From positions 41,086-105,085 of the forward strand of contig CBFGTS010000015.1 in assembly GCA_965652295.1 (NCBI GenBank): a stretch of DNA of 64,000 nt, read 5' to 3'. Every line of letters begins with the position of its first letter. Position 1 is the first letter of the stretch. This document shows, piece by piece, positions 1 to 9,315 of this stretch. The DNA is from an uncultured Haloferula sp. (GTDB taxonomy: Bacteria > Verrucomicrobiota > Verrucomicrobiia > Verrucomicrobiales > Akkermansiaceae). Both the position numbers and the translations under genes were made by a program. The notes under the pieces were generated by a model. The model saw nothing but the letters and a program-made list of their open reading frames with translations. It was not told the origin of the DNA and ran no database searches.

Positions 1-67
1 GAGTGATTAGGTCCCCGAAGTTGACCCGCCCCTTCCACCAATATGCGCCGACGGCACTGGGAATCAT
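1..67 (-). CDS. 5' end of a putative polysaccharide pyruvyl transferase (runs off window)
   Basis: ATG at 67 reads MIPSAVGAYWWKGRVNFGDLIT; YWW...NFGDL is the typical N-terminal motif of this family; lies downstream of wzx in a polysaccharide cluster. Confidence 0.6.
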   Translation of the reverse strand, partial: MIPSAVGAYWWKGRVNFGDLIT

Positions 68-197
68 ATGTTCTAAAATTCCCCAGTAAGCGTCAACGCA
101 ACCCGCTTTAAGCATTTTATAGTTCGATAGCATCATGGCTTTGCGGTCTCCACTGAGTCGAAAGAGCTTTTACATTTGTGAGGACGTTCCTCAAAAA

Positions 198-1757
198 TTA
201 GTTCCCGTGCTTGTCAGCTCGGCCAACTAATAGCTTGAAAAGGGGCAGCCGTCTTACAAAAGACTTCAATCTATATTTTGGACCCAGCCGCTTGCACACG
301 GCATGGATGCTATATACTAGCGAAGCACCGAATACGAAGCTGTTGACTAAAACGGCGGGCCAGCCGTCAATGAGTTGGTTCGCCACAACGGCAGGGGCAG
401 CGAAAGCGAGCGGAACAAACACTACCGCCAATGTTTGAGGATCAAATCGGAATCCGGACAAGCGCCGACCGATAACATATACCGTAGCAGCGTGGACGAT
501 AATGTGAATCACAAAGGCGTACCCGACAGCAGCGAGGCCCATCGATGGGAGAAGCAGCACAATCAGCCCGAGATGGACTACGTTGGCTTCTGTCTGGCCA
601 AAATACATCCAGATCGCCGCTCCCTTCACGCGCTGGATCATGCCGAGCGGGTTCATTATCATCATCCCGTACACCCCAGCTACGAACCAAGGTAGCAAAT
701 CGGCTCCAGGAAGAAACGCAGCCGAGTAGAAGAGCCTGATCGCCCACGGACCGAAGGCTATTGTACCAATTGTGCCAGGTAGAGCGAGCAGGATCCCAAT
801 TTCGATCTGCTCGTTTGCGAGCTGATTAACCTTCTCGTCATCATGCGAAACAGCCACAAGGCGCGGATAAAAATCCGTCCCCATTGCAAGCAGGATAAAG
901 CTTCCGAAAAGTCCGGAGAGCGACCAAGCCGCCTGGTAGATGCCGTTCCCCTCGACCCCAAAATCTCGAATAATTAAAGACCGTATTATCAATGCAACTA
1001 TGGCTGCCAAAACCGCTCCATACATAAAAGCTAATCCCAATTTTATGAGACGCTTTGAATTAATTAAGGTTTCCAACCATGGTTGAGGCAATGATTCAAT
1101 CTTGATCCGGCGAGAAAAATACCACGAAAACCCGAGATTTACGATCGCCGTCAGAACAATAACGGGGACAATTCCCCTTTGCCCGAGCCAAGCATACAGG
1201 GCCATTGCCAGGATCAACGTCAAAATGGCGGAAAATACTTGAACCCGTGCGAGATCACCGATTCGACGCATTCCCTGTAGAAGCGCCGACTGCCCACCCG
1301 CGACCGAGCCGATCAAAGCGGTAGATCCCAATAAAATCACCGCCCAAATTCTCTCCATGGAACCGAATGTCCATTGAGTGAGCGGACCAGCAAGAGCAGC
1401 AGTCAGGACCCACCCAATAATTCCGGAAATCCAACAGGTTCGCCGCAAGGTTTTTACGACAGCTCCAACGCGCTGTCGATTCCCGCTGCCATTGGCTTCT
1501 GCGACTTCACGAACACCACTTTGATTAATGCCAAGTTGTGCAACGGTATTGACCAATCCCACAATCGATTGGTAGAGCCCGACAACTCCGACGCCTGATG
1601 GACCGAGAAGCATGGCGACAACCTTCATTCGAGCCAAGCTGATGAGGTAGCCTATCCCTTGAGCACCTCCAACGATGGACGATGAACGGAGAATTTGACT
1701 ATAGCTCGTTCCGACCGTTTCCGGCGGCGCTTCTTTCTCAGGAGGAATCGAACACAT
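198..1757 (-). CDS. wzx: O-antigen/polysaccharide flippase (Wzx, MOP superfamily)
   Basis: Many hydrophobic segments; SYSQILRSSSIVGG...KVVAMLLGPSGVG and GIYQAAW...MGTDFYPRL motifs; start moved to ATG 1757. Confidence 0.85.
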   Translation of the reverse strand: MCSIPPEKEAPPETVGTSYSQILRSSSIVGGAQGIGYLISLARMKVVAMLLGPSGVGVVGLYQSIVGLVNTVAQLGINQSGVREVAEANGSGNRQRVGAVVKTLRRTCWISGIIGWVLTAALAGPLTQWTFGSMERIWAVILLGSTALIGSVAGGQSALLQGMRRIGDLARVQVFSAILTLILAMALYAWLGQRGIVPVIVLTAIVNLGFSWYFSRRIKIESLPQPWLETLINSKRLIKLGLAFMYGAVLAAIVALIIRSLIIRDFGVEGNGIYQAAWSLSGLFGSFILLAMGTDFYPRLVAVSHDDEKVNQLANEQIEIGILLALPGTIGTIAFGPWAIRLFYSAAFLPGADLLPWFVAGVYGMMIMNPLGMIQRVKGAAIWMYFGQTEANVVHLGLIVLLLPSMGLAAVGYAFVIHIIVHAATVYVIGRRLSGFRFDPQTLAVVFVPLAFAAPAVVANQLIDGWPAVLVNSFVFGASLVYSIHAVCKRLGPKYRLKSFVRRLPLFKLLVGRADKHGN

Positions 1758-1800
1758 CACATTGCTTGGAAGCCGTCTTCTCAGAAGAGGGCGGCTACGG

Positions 1801-2526
1801 TCATTGAATCGAGGCGAGTATCTCAGCGCGGAGTTGCTCGTCGAACGTGAAACGCTCGAAAGCCAACTTGGCATTCGCCATCGCCATGTCTCGATTATAC
1901 TCGTGAGGAAGCTGGTCGTCCCAAAAGAAGTGGAAGCCCTTTATAAAGTCATGTCCGAGCGGAGTCTCTCGAAACAATATCGGAATAGCTTTTGCTATAC
2001 AGGATTCAACGAAGCGATATGTCCACATCGTCTCCGCCGGACCGGGCCAATCAGCTTGGTGCGGACAAAGCCCAAACCTTGATTGACAAAATTTCTCGTA
2101 GTAATTTTTATTGAAATGTCCTTTGCTCCAGTTGTTTCTTCCCTGTTTTGATGCAACGACTAAACTATCGGCTCTCGCGGCGTAGGGAGCAAGCATCCTT
2201 TGGCGCCCCCCACCGACAGGCATGGCACCATTAAAGTAGTATTCCAGAATTTTATCGTCAGGAATCCTCGCTGCTTCATAAAAGAACCTTTTAGGATAGA
2301 TCAGGCCGACCAAGACGCCATTGACGAATCCGGTTCCATTGATGTGATCAATAGTGATCTCAGTCTTGTTGCGAGGCACTCCAATCTCGTCAAGCGCTTG
2401 CTGCAGCAGTTTGAACTGGAGCATCACAGGTTTTCCGGTAAAAATTGCCTTGACTCGAGATGCGGCAGTTCTTATTTTTTCAAAACCGAAAGGGGACGTG
2501 GACTTCATATGGATTGGCAGTGACAC
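1801..2526 (-). CDS. exostosin/GT47-like putative glycosyltransferase
   Basis: SRFGLCP...WTYRFVESCIAKAIPIL resembles the exostosin C-terminal motif (SxFCLCPxG...RxxEA..GCIPV); start may be ATG 2508. Confidence 0.5.
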   Translation of the reverse strand: MSLPIHMKSTSPFGFEKIRTAASRVKAIFTGKPVMLQFKLLQQALDEIGVPRNKTEITIDHINGTGFVNGVLVGLIYPKRFFYEAARIPDDKILEYYFNGAMPVGGGRQRMLAPYAARADSLVVASKQGRNNWSKGHFNKNYYEKFCQSRFGLCPHQADWPGPAETMWTYRFVESCIAKAIPILFRETPLGHDFIKGFHFFWDDQLPHEYNRDMAMANAKLAFERFTFDEQLRAEILASIQ

Positions 2527-2532
2527 CTGCTA

Positions 2533-3390
2533 TTACTCGATCCCTGGGCTATCAAAACGCTTCCCGATTTCGGGGACAAATCGCATGATTTCATCTGTTC
2601 GGTAAGGGATTTTCCCTATTAAAAGAGAGCCCGAGGCAGTGAACTTCTCCCACCATTGCGTTGCGAACTCTGCTAATGTGATGGCGCAACCTGAACCGAT
2701 ATTCTCGACATGGTAACCGGATGGAGGTGGGCCGCATGTCGTCACCTCTAGAAATCGTGCGGCAGCCGCTCCTACGGGCATGTAATCCCTCACTTGCGCG
2801 CCTCCGGTCATCGGAAAATCTTCGCCTGCTAAGGCGGCGCGACGCAAAGCGGGCCAAAAATTCGCCTGATGCTGACCAAGTCCGTATAGGTGGAACGGCC
2901 GTAAAAGAGTAAAGGCCGAAATCGAGCTGCGGGCGAGGGCTTGCATAGCGAGACTGAACGCTGCCTTCGAAGCGGCGTATGGACCGATCGGTTCAAGTGG
3001 TGCATCCGGTGGAATCCGGTGGTAACGCTCTCCGCCTCTTCCATATTCCAAGCATGAACCGGAGGCAATGATATGCGGCACACCGACGCTCTCTGCGGTG
3101 GCGAAGAGACGGAGACTCTGACACACGTTCACCTTAAAGGCGAGGTTCCAGTCAGTGGCCTGCGGAGAGACTCCTTGCGCAGCGAAGTGAACGAGAGCGT
3201 CACACTTTTCAAGAACAGCTGCAGGTACTTCATCAAGAGCGTCTTCGTGCCATTTAGGTTGTCGATCGAGTCTGATGACGGGCCTTGAGCCTGGACGACG
3301 CAGCGCAAAGACTTCGTGCCCGCCCTCCAGTGCGAGCTTCAAAAAATGCGCGCCGATGAAGCCTGTGCCGCCCGTAACAAAAATGCGCAT
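2533..3390 (-). CDS. NAD-dependent epimerase/reductase, probable CDP-3,6-dideoxyhexose 4-reductase (RfbJ/Prt-like)
   Basis: MRIFVTGGTGFIG Rossmann motif, YAASK SDR motif; directly downstream of rfbH. Confidence 0.75.
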   Translation of the reverse strand: MRIFVTGGTGFIGAHFLKLALEGGHEVFALRRPGSRPVIRLDRQPKWHEDALDEVPAAVLEKCDALVHFAAQGVSPQATDWNLAFKVNVCQSLRLFATAESVGVPHIIASGSCLEYGRGGERYHRIPPDAPLEPIGPYAASKAAFSLAMQALARSSISAFTLLRPFHLYGLGQHQANFWPALRRAALAGEDFPMTGGAQVRDYMPVGAAAARFLEVTTCGPPPSGYHVENIGSGCAITLAEFATQWWEKFTASGSLLIGKIPYRTDEIMRFVPEIGKRFDSPGIE

Positions 3391-3397
3391 TAGAATT

Positions 3398-4990
3398 TCA
3401 GGAGATATTGCGGCTTGTTTTTGAAGCAACAAACTCGCGGATGACGTTGACCATATAATGGATCATTTCCTCAGTGAGGCCCGGATAGGTTCCGAGGAAC
3501 ATGGTTTGGTTCATGATGCGGTCGGCACCTTTGAGGTCACCGGCAATGCGCATGGCTTCTGGGTTGTCGTGGCGGAGGCGGACGAAGGCGGGTTGGCGGA
3601 CGAGATTGCCCCCGAAAAGCATTCGGTTACCTATTTTCCTCTCGTCAAGGTGGGCGGCCAGTTCGGTACGGGTGAAGGGGGCATCCTCTTTGATGGTGAT
3701 CTTGAAACCGAACCAGGAGCACGAAGTACGACAGCCGCTATCGTCCCAAGTGAAGTCCGACGAGATGGCTGATCGTTGATCGTGGATTGCGGATTCCGAA
3801 GGGGGGGTCCAAGCGGTCGCGTGGGTGGGAAGGGCGAAGTCGATGTAATTCTCAAGTCCATGCAGGCCACGACGAAGGCGCTCCCAGTTCACCTTACGGG
3901 CCTCGATGAAGGCGGGGAGACGCTTGATTTGGACGCGGCCGATCGCGGCCTGCGGATCGAGCGGCTTGAGGTTGTAGCCAAGATGCGAATAGATATATTT
4001 GTGATCGTACCCCTGTGGGAGCTCGCCTAGCTTCCATTGGAAACGTTTGCCACAGGTATCGTCCTTGCCGGACGGGCACCAGCAATCACGGCCCCAATCG
4101 CGGAAGGACTCGGCGTAGGTTTTGAGCGGGGCTCGGCGGATGATGTTGACCGAGCCGCCTTCGCCCATGGTGAGGTGGTGGGGAGGATAGAAACTTTGAG
4201 TGGAGAGGTCGCCGAAGGCTCCTGTCGGAGCAGTCAGTAGTTTCAAGTTTTCTGTTTTCTGCTCTGAGATCTTGATGATCGGATGTTCGCCTTTTTCGGC
4301 AATCTTGATCAGGTGGTCGAGGCCCAGAGCCTTGGCCTTTTCCAGAGGAAGGGTGTAGGTGCAGCCGAGGGCGTCACAGTTATCTTCGACCAGCCACAGG
4401 TCGTGTTTTTGGCAGAACTCGAGGACGGTTGAGAGATCGAAGGGATTACCCAACGCATGAGCCATCATGACCGCCTTGGTTTTGCCGGGTGCAAAGGCGG
4501 CTTCCAGCAGCGAGCAATCGGCGTTACCCGTGAGGGGGTTAGCGTCGATGAACACAGGGACGGCCCCAGCCTGAATAATAGGCGCGACAGTGGTCGGGAA
4601 GCCGGCAGCAACGGTGATGACTTCGTCTCCGGGACGGATGCGTTTGTGCTCGGGAAGCTTGTGAGTGGTGAGCGCCGAGAAGGCCACGAGGTTAGCCGAT
4701 GAACCCGAATTCACTAGGAGGCAGTGCCTCACTCCCATGAACTCGGCGAGTTCCTTCTCCATCGCCCCGCCCTCCGGACCAAGTGTGAGCCAAAAGTCGA
4801 GAGTGGAGGATACGGCGGCCTCGACCTCGTCCTCATCGAACACCCGGCCAGCATAGGGCACGGTAGTTTCACCCGGGGTAAAGATGGCGTGGGCGGGATC
4901 GTCGCCGGGCCGATTGGCGCTGTGGGCCAAGCGGGAGTATTCGCGGGTGAGACGGAGAATTTCGGCTTTGAGCTCGGATGGGGAAGGCAT
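3398..4990 (-). CDS. rfbH: CDP-4-keto-6-deoxy-D-glucose 3-dehydratase (E1, DegT/DnrJ family)
   Basis: VNSGSSANL, EDNCDALG, SFYPPHHLTMGEGG (His at the PMP site), SFRDWGRDCWC, YDHKYIYSHLGYNLK. Confidence 0.95.
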   Translation of the reverse strand: MPSPSELKAEILRLTREYSRLAHSANRPGDDPAHAIFTPGETTVPYAGRVFDEDEVEAAVSSTLDFWLTLGPEGGAMEKELAEFMGVRHCLLVNSGSSANLVAFSALTTHKLPEHKRIRPGDEVITVAAGFPTTVAPIIQAGAVPVFIDANPLTGNADCSLLEAAFAPGKTKAVMMAHALGNPFDLSTVLEFCQKHDLWLVEDNCDALGCTYTLPLEKAKALGLDHLIKIAEKGEHPIIKISEQKTENLKLLTAPTGAFGDLSTQSFYPPHHLTMGEGGSVNIIRRAPLKTYAESFRDWGRDCWCPSGKDDTCGKRFQWKLGELPQGYDHKYIYSHLGYNLKPLDPQAAIGRVQIKRLPAFIEARKVNWERLRRGLHGLENYIDFALPTHATAWTPPSESAIHDQRSAISSDFTWDDSGCRTSCSWFGFKITIKEDAPFTRTELAAHLDERKIGNRMLFGGNLVRQPAFVRLRHDNPEAMRIAGDLKGADRIMNQTMFLGTYPGLTEEMIHYMVNVIREFVASKTSRNIS

Positions 4991-5049
4991 GGAAAGTTTG
5001 TTGGATTTCAGTTTTCAGTTTCCAGCATTGAAACTGAAAAGGACGCAGT

Positions 5050-6138
5050 TCAATCGAAGGCCCAAGGGAGGGATTTGGCGGCGGCGGATTGTTGATAGGC
5101 CGCGATTTGGCGGCGGGTGAATTCGGCAGGATCTTTTCCGGCCCCTTCGTGGAGATACCATTCGGCGGTCTTCTTCAGCGTTTCGTCGAAGTTCCAAACC
5201 GGCTGCCATTGGAGCAGGTGGAAGGCCTTATCGGTAGCGAGGTTAAGTTTTGAAGCCTCGTGGACGGCGTGGGGATCAGAGGCATCGATCCACTCGCCGC
5301 CGGTGTGGCTGATGAGGCCCGCAACCAGCTCGGCCACCGTGCGGTTGTTTGTTAGTGCAGGGCCGAAGTTGAAAGCGGAATCGTAGCCCTCGGCTGCCGC
5401 GAGCGAGGCCCCGAGCAGCAGGTAGCCGGATAGAGGCTCCAGCACATGCTGCCAAGGCCGGGTTGCGATCTTGTTGCGCACCGGAATCGTTTCGCTGGCA
5501 CGCAGAGCACGAATGCAGTCGGGCACGATTCGGTCCTTCGCCCAATCCCCCCCGCCCACGACATTTCCGGCGCGGGCTGAAGCGAGGCGTATCCCGCTTG
5601 AGGGGCCGAAGAACGACCGGCGATAGGAGGAGATGACCAGCTCGGCCGCGCCCTTGCTCGCCGAATAGGGATCGTGCCCGCCCATCGCATCCTCCTCCCG
5701 ATAGGCGTGGAGCCATTCGCGGTTCTCGTAACACTTGTCGGTAGTGATGCTGACCACGGCGCAAGGCCGGCTGGCTACTCTCACGGCCTCAAGAACGTGA
5801 GCAGTGCCCATGACATTGGCGGCGAACGTTTCCACCGGAATCTCATAAGAGAGGCGGACCAAGGGCTGGGCCGCCAGATGCAGCACGACATCCGGCCGGG
5901 CACGGTCCAGCGCAGCGGAAAGCCCTGGGCGGTCGGAAAGGTCGGCGCGGGTATCGGAGGCCATGCGGCCAGCGAGGCCGAGCTGCTCGTAGAGCCGTTC
6001 GTGCGGCTGGGGATCGAGCGCGTAGCCATGCACCTCGGCACCCAGGGCGAGCAGCCATTCGGCCAGCCAAGCACCTTTAAAGCCGGTGTGACCGGTGAGA
6101 AAGACGCGCTTGCCGCGGTAGAAATCTCGGAAGGCCAT
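5050..6138 (-). CDS. rfbG: CDP-glucose 4,6-dehydratase
   Basis: VFLTGHTGFKGAWL, HLAAQPLVRLSY, TTDKCYEN, DPYSASK, RPWQHVLEPL. Confidence 0.95.
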   Translation of the reverse strand: MAFRDFYRGKRVFLTGHTGFKGAWLAEWLLALGAEVHGYALDPQPHERLYEQLGLAGRMASDTRADLSDRPGLSAALDRARPDVVLHLAAQPLVRLSYEIPVETFAANVMGTAHVLEAVRVASRPCAVVSITTDKCYENREWLHAYREEDAMGGHDPYSASKGAAELVISSYRRSFFGPSSGIRLASARAGNVVGGGDWAKDRIVPDCIRALRASETIPVRNKIATRPWQHVLEPLSGYLLLGASLAAAEGYDSAFNFGPALTNNRTVAELVAGLISHTGGEWIDASDPHAVHEASKLNLATDKAFHLLQWQPVWNFDETLKKTAEWYLHEGAGKDPAEFTRRQIAAYQQSAAAKSLPWAFD

Positions 6139-6155
6139 GGGTGTGAAATTCCGAA

Positions 6156-6923
6156 TTACCAAGTTTTCCAAGGAGCCCGTCCGGCGTCCCACAGCGACTC
6201 CAGCTCCAGCTTGTCGCGAAGTGTGTCCATCGGCCGCCAGAAGCCGCGGTGACGGAAGATTCCCAGTTGGTTGCGGGCCGCCAGCTTCTCCAGCGGTTCC
6301 CGCTCCCAGACCGTGGGATCGCCCTCGATGACGTCTATGACGGACGGCTCCAGCACAAAGAAGCCGCCGTTGATCCAGGCACCGTCACCCTGCGGCTTCT
6401 CTTGGAAAGCCGTGACCCGGTCTTCCTCCAGCATCAGCGCCCCGAAGCGGCCCGGTGGCTGAACGCCGGTGAGTGTCGCCTCTAAGCCGGAGCGCTGGTG
6501 AAAAGCTACTAGCTCGCTGATATTGACATCGCCAACTCCGTCGCCATAGGTGCAGCAAAAGGAGGAATTGCCCACGTAGTCGCGGACCCGTTTGATCCGG
6601 CCGCCGGTCATGGTCTCATCGCCCGTGTCCACGACCGTGACACGCCAGGGTTCCGCTTTCTTCTGGTGAACCTCCATCTGGTTTGATGCCATGTCGAAGG
6701 TGACATCTGACATGTGTAAAAAGTAATTAGCGAAGTATTCCTTGATGACATATCCCTTATAGCCAGCACAAATGACGAAGTCATTGATTCCGTGGGAACT
6801 ATAAATTTTCAGAATATGCCACAAAATCGGACGTCCTCCGATCTCCACCATGGGCTTGGGTTTCAGGGCGGTTTCTTCTGAGAGACGGGTGCCGAGCCCG
6901 CCAGCAAGAATGACTGCTTTCAT
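6156..6923 (-). CDS. rfbF: glucose-1-phosphate cytidylyltransferase
   Basis: [51 protein letters not shown]. Confidence 0.96.
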   Translation of the reverse strand: MKAVILAGGLGTRLSEETALKPKPMVEIGGRPILWHILKIYSSHGINDFVICAGYKGYVIKEYFANYFLHMSDVTFDMASNQMEVHQKKAEPWRVTVVDTGDETMTGGRIKRVRDYVGNSSFCCTYGDGVGDVNISELVAFHQRSGLEATLTGVQPPGRFGALMLEEDRVTAFQEKPQGDGAWINGGFFVLEPSVIDVIEGDPTVWEREPLEKLAARNQLGIFRHRGFWRPMDTLRDKLELESLWDAGRAPWKTW

Positions 6924-7143
6924 CTGAGAGCGTTGGGAATCAGTGTTAATCTCATGACTATGGATGTTGTTTTGAATGGCCGGGGAGACAACTAGAATGG
7001 GAGAAACCGCCTAAAAATCGGGGAATTGTGGCTAACGTCCATTTTTCTCCCTCAAACCATCCTCCGAACGAGGAACGAGCGAGGCCAGCGCGACTATCTG
7101 CATATTATCGATCATGAAAGGAGGGCTTCAGGGAATTTTTTAT

Positions 7144-9024
7144 CTAGTCCGCTTTGGAACCCAATGAATGCAAGAGTTGACGCCAGCGCAATCCAAAGGC
7201 GTGAAGAGTATATTCTCCTGCATACCGCCTGCGGTTGAACAAGCCCTTGCCTCTCCGGGCTTCGCTCTTCAGCCGAATGATTCGATCCATCGCTTCAGCC
7301 AAAGCCCGGGCGTCATCGGCTACCACCAATTCGCCGCCGTCCGGCACGATGAGGGCATCGGAGACGGCACCAACATTAGTGGCGACAATCGGCAGGCCGC
7401 AGGCCATCGCTTCTAGCACCGCGAGTGGAAATTGCTCGGTCCAGGAAGGCAGAACGAAGAGGTCGGCACGCAGGAGGCAACTTGATTTTTCCTCACCCCA
7501 GATCGGTCCATTCCATTGGATGCGGTCGGGAAATCCGGAAGCGGAGAAGGCTTCGCGGACACCCTCTTCGCTCTCTCCTACCCCCACCCCACCGCGGAAC
7601 TCGAACTCGATGTTAGGGTGGACTTCGCAGAGGGTTCGCGCTGCCTCAAGCAGATTGCGCCAACCCTTCTCCCGATCCATAGCAGAGATGTAGAGAATTC
7701 GAAGTCGTCGGGCTGGATCTTCCTCCCGGTAAGATGAAGTCTCCGGCGCAGGATCGTGAATGGCATTGGCAATAGCTACGCAGGGGCGGCGGGAGATCCA
7801 ATCCGGCCATTGCTCGACCAGAGCTGGAGCGCAAGCAACGAAGGGGTCGATCTGCTCCAAGGTGAGCGCCACCCATTTCCGGAACCAGCCCGGCCTTTCC
7901 TCCAGTTTCAACCGGGCGGGATCCATGTGGACCCACGCGGCAACCCTTACGCCGAAAACGCGGGCCAACCAGACAAAGAGCGAGTCCTTGAGAAACGGCC
8001 CGGGATGGAAGGCGGGCTGCAACAAGAGAATGTCGGGACGGAAGCGGATCAGCTCCACGGTCATTCGCAGAAGATACCACGGAGCCTTTACCAGTTTCCC
8101 GAGGTTCATGCCGGTGAGAGCCTCGCGCGTGGTCGCATAGGCAGTATTGATCGGGCGGTAACCAATGTCATCCCAGCCTGCCGCACATTCCCGTAGCAAA
8201 CAGGCCATCATGGCTTCGCCATGAAGAGGCGGATCGAAATGAGTAAGATGTAGGACTTTGCAAGCGGCCGTTCCTGCAGTGGGGCGCAAGGAAACTTCAT
8301 CGCTCCACAAAGTTTTGACAGGATGGATCGCCCAAGCTCCTTGGTCGATCATCCTGGAACGGGGCCTGGGGCCGAGAGGCTCGGTGCGGATGAAAGCGTC
8401 TTGATCGCCCATCCCCCTGACGCGGAAACCGAGGTGGTGGGCGACCGTGGGGAGGTGGACCTCAAGGTAGGCGGGATGGGGTTCTCCCTTTTCCAGTACC
8501 GCTTCGAGGGCTGCCCTCCGCCACCACTGGCCGCAGCCCATGCAGCTCAGCACCACCTCCGAGTCCTTTCTGCAGGAAATGCTTCGCACCCAGTTCCGCC
8601 ATGCAGTGAGATGGCCATGGCTGGCGTAATGGGGGTGCAGGGTGTCGTCGATGCGCCAGGCCCGGTGGCCGAGAAGATCCGCGTCCTCGACGGTGGACCT
8701 CGCCTTGAGGCGGGCGAAGAGGTCGGGCACCACGGGCTCGATATCGAATTCGGCGAGATAGAGATGCTCCCACGCCTCTCCCTTCAAGGCTTCACAGGCC
8801 TTCCGCAGCACTTCAGTGTAGCTTTGCTTTTCCCGGGGATGGTCTTTCGTCCGAAGCCGGGGGTCCTGGATCAGGACGCGGTTTCCTTCAATCCGCTCGA
8901 TTTCCTCCGGGGGCCCTCCGTAGGCCACCACGACCTGGTCGGGCGAGGTCAGGGTTTTCCACCTCTCCACCATCCGGTTCACGGCCTCGGCGGGCTGGTG
9001 CGTCAACAGAAGCAGGGCCGTCAT
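7144..9024 (-). CDS. two-domain glycosyltransferase: uncharacterised N-terminal (GT-A-like?) domain fused to a GT4 domain
   Basis: C-terminal DLFVLPSWTEQFPLAVLEAMACGLPIVATNVG is the GT4 signature; start at ATG 9024 overlaps the upstream stop (ATGA). Confidence 0.8.
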   Translation of the reverse strand: MTALLLLTHQPAEAVNRMVERWKTLTSPDQVVVAYGGPPEEIERIEGNRVLIQDPRLRTKDHPREKQSYTEVLRKACEALKGEAWEHLYLAEFDIEPVVPDLFARLKARSTVEDADLLGHRAWRIDDTLHPHYASHGHLTAWRNWVRSISCRKDSEVVLSCMGCGQWWRRAALEAVLEKGEPHPAYLEVHLPTVAHHLGFRVRGMGDQDAFIRTEPLGPRPRSRMIDQGAWAIHPVKTLWSDEVSLRPTAGTAACKVLHLTHFDPPLHGEAMMACLLRECAAGWDDIGYRPINTAYATTREALTGMNLGKLVKAPWYLLRMTVELIRFRPDILLLQPAFHPGPFLKDSLFVWLARVFGVRVAAWVHMDPARLKLEERPGWFRKWVALTLEQIDPFVACAPALVEQWPDWISRRPCVAIANAIHDPAPETSSYREEDPARRLRILYISAMDREKGWRNLLEAARTLCEVHPNIEFEFRGGVGVGESEEGVREAFSASGFPDRIQWNGPIWGEEKSSCLLRADLFVLPSWTEQFPLAVLEAMACGLPIVATNVGAVSDALIVPDGGELVVADDARALAEAMDRIIRLKSEARRGKGLFNRRRYAGEYTLHAFGLRWRQLLHSLGSKAD

Positions 9025-9299
9025 GTGCGGGGACCGGTCTCGGATTGTTCCGAATCCACCCGGAGGTAATCGGGCTCGCGAGCAGCGGTGAAGCCGAGGG
9101 TCACCCGCCAGTAGCCGAGCTTTTCCCGCGGGACCGCCACCGGGCGGAGGGGGACCTCTCCGGTGAATCCGAGCAGGTGGACGCGGCCTCCCCAAGCGAC
9201 GACGAAAGCCCGGCCGAGGACAGCTCCGCTTTCAACATCGCGGATCGTCATCCCGAAGCGTCTGGACAGGTGGCGAAGCCATGTTCCCGGAGTGGACAT
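9021..9299 (-). CDS. small hypothetical protein (92 aa)
   Basis: ATG 9299 (MSTPGTWLRH...); fills the gap between methyltransferase and GT with an ATGA overlap. Confidence 0.6.
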   Translation of the reverse strand: MSTPGTWLRHLSRRFGMTIRDVESGAVLGRAFVVAWGGRVHLLGFTGEVPLRPVAVPREKLGYWRVTLGFTAAREPDYLRVDSEQSETGPRT

Positions 9300-9315
9300 G
9301 AGGAAAGATGATGAA

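Noticed and set aside
6924..7143. Riboswitch or ncRNA in the 220-bp gap before rfbF
   Set aside because: No recognisable conserved motif or strong structure by eye; probably an internal promoter region
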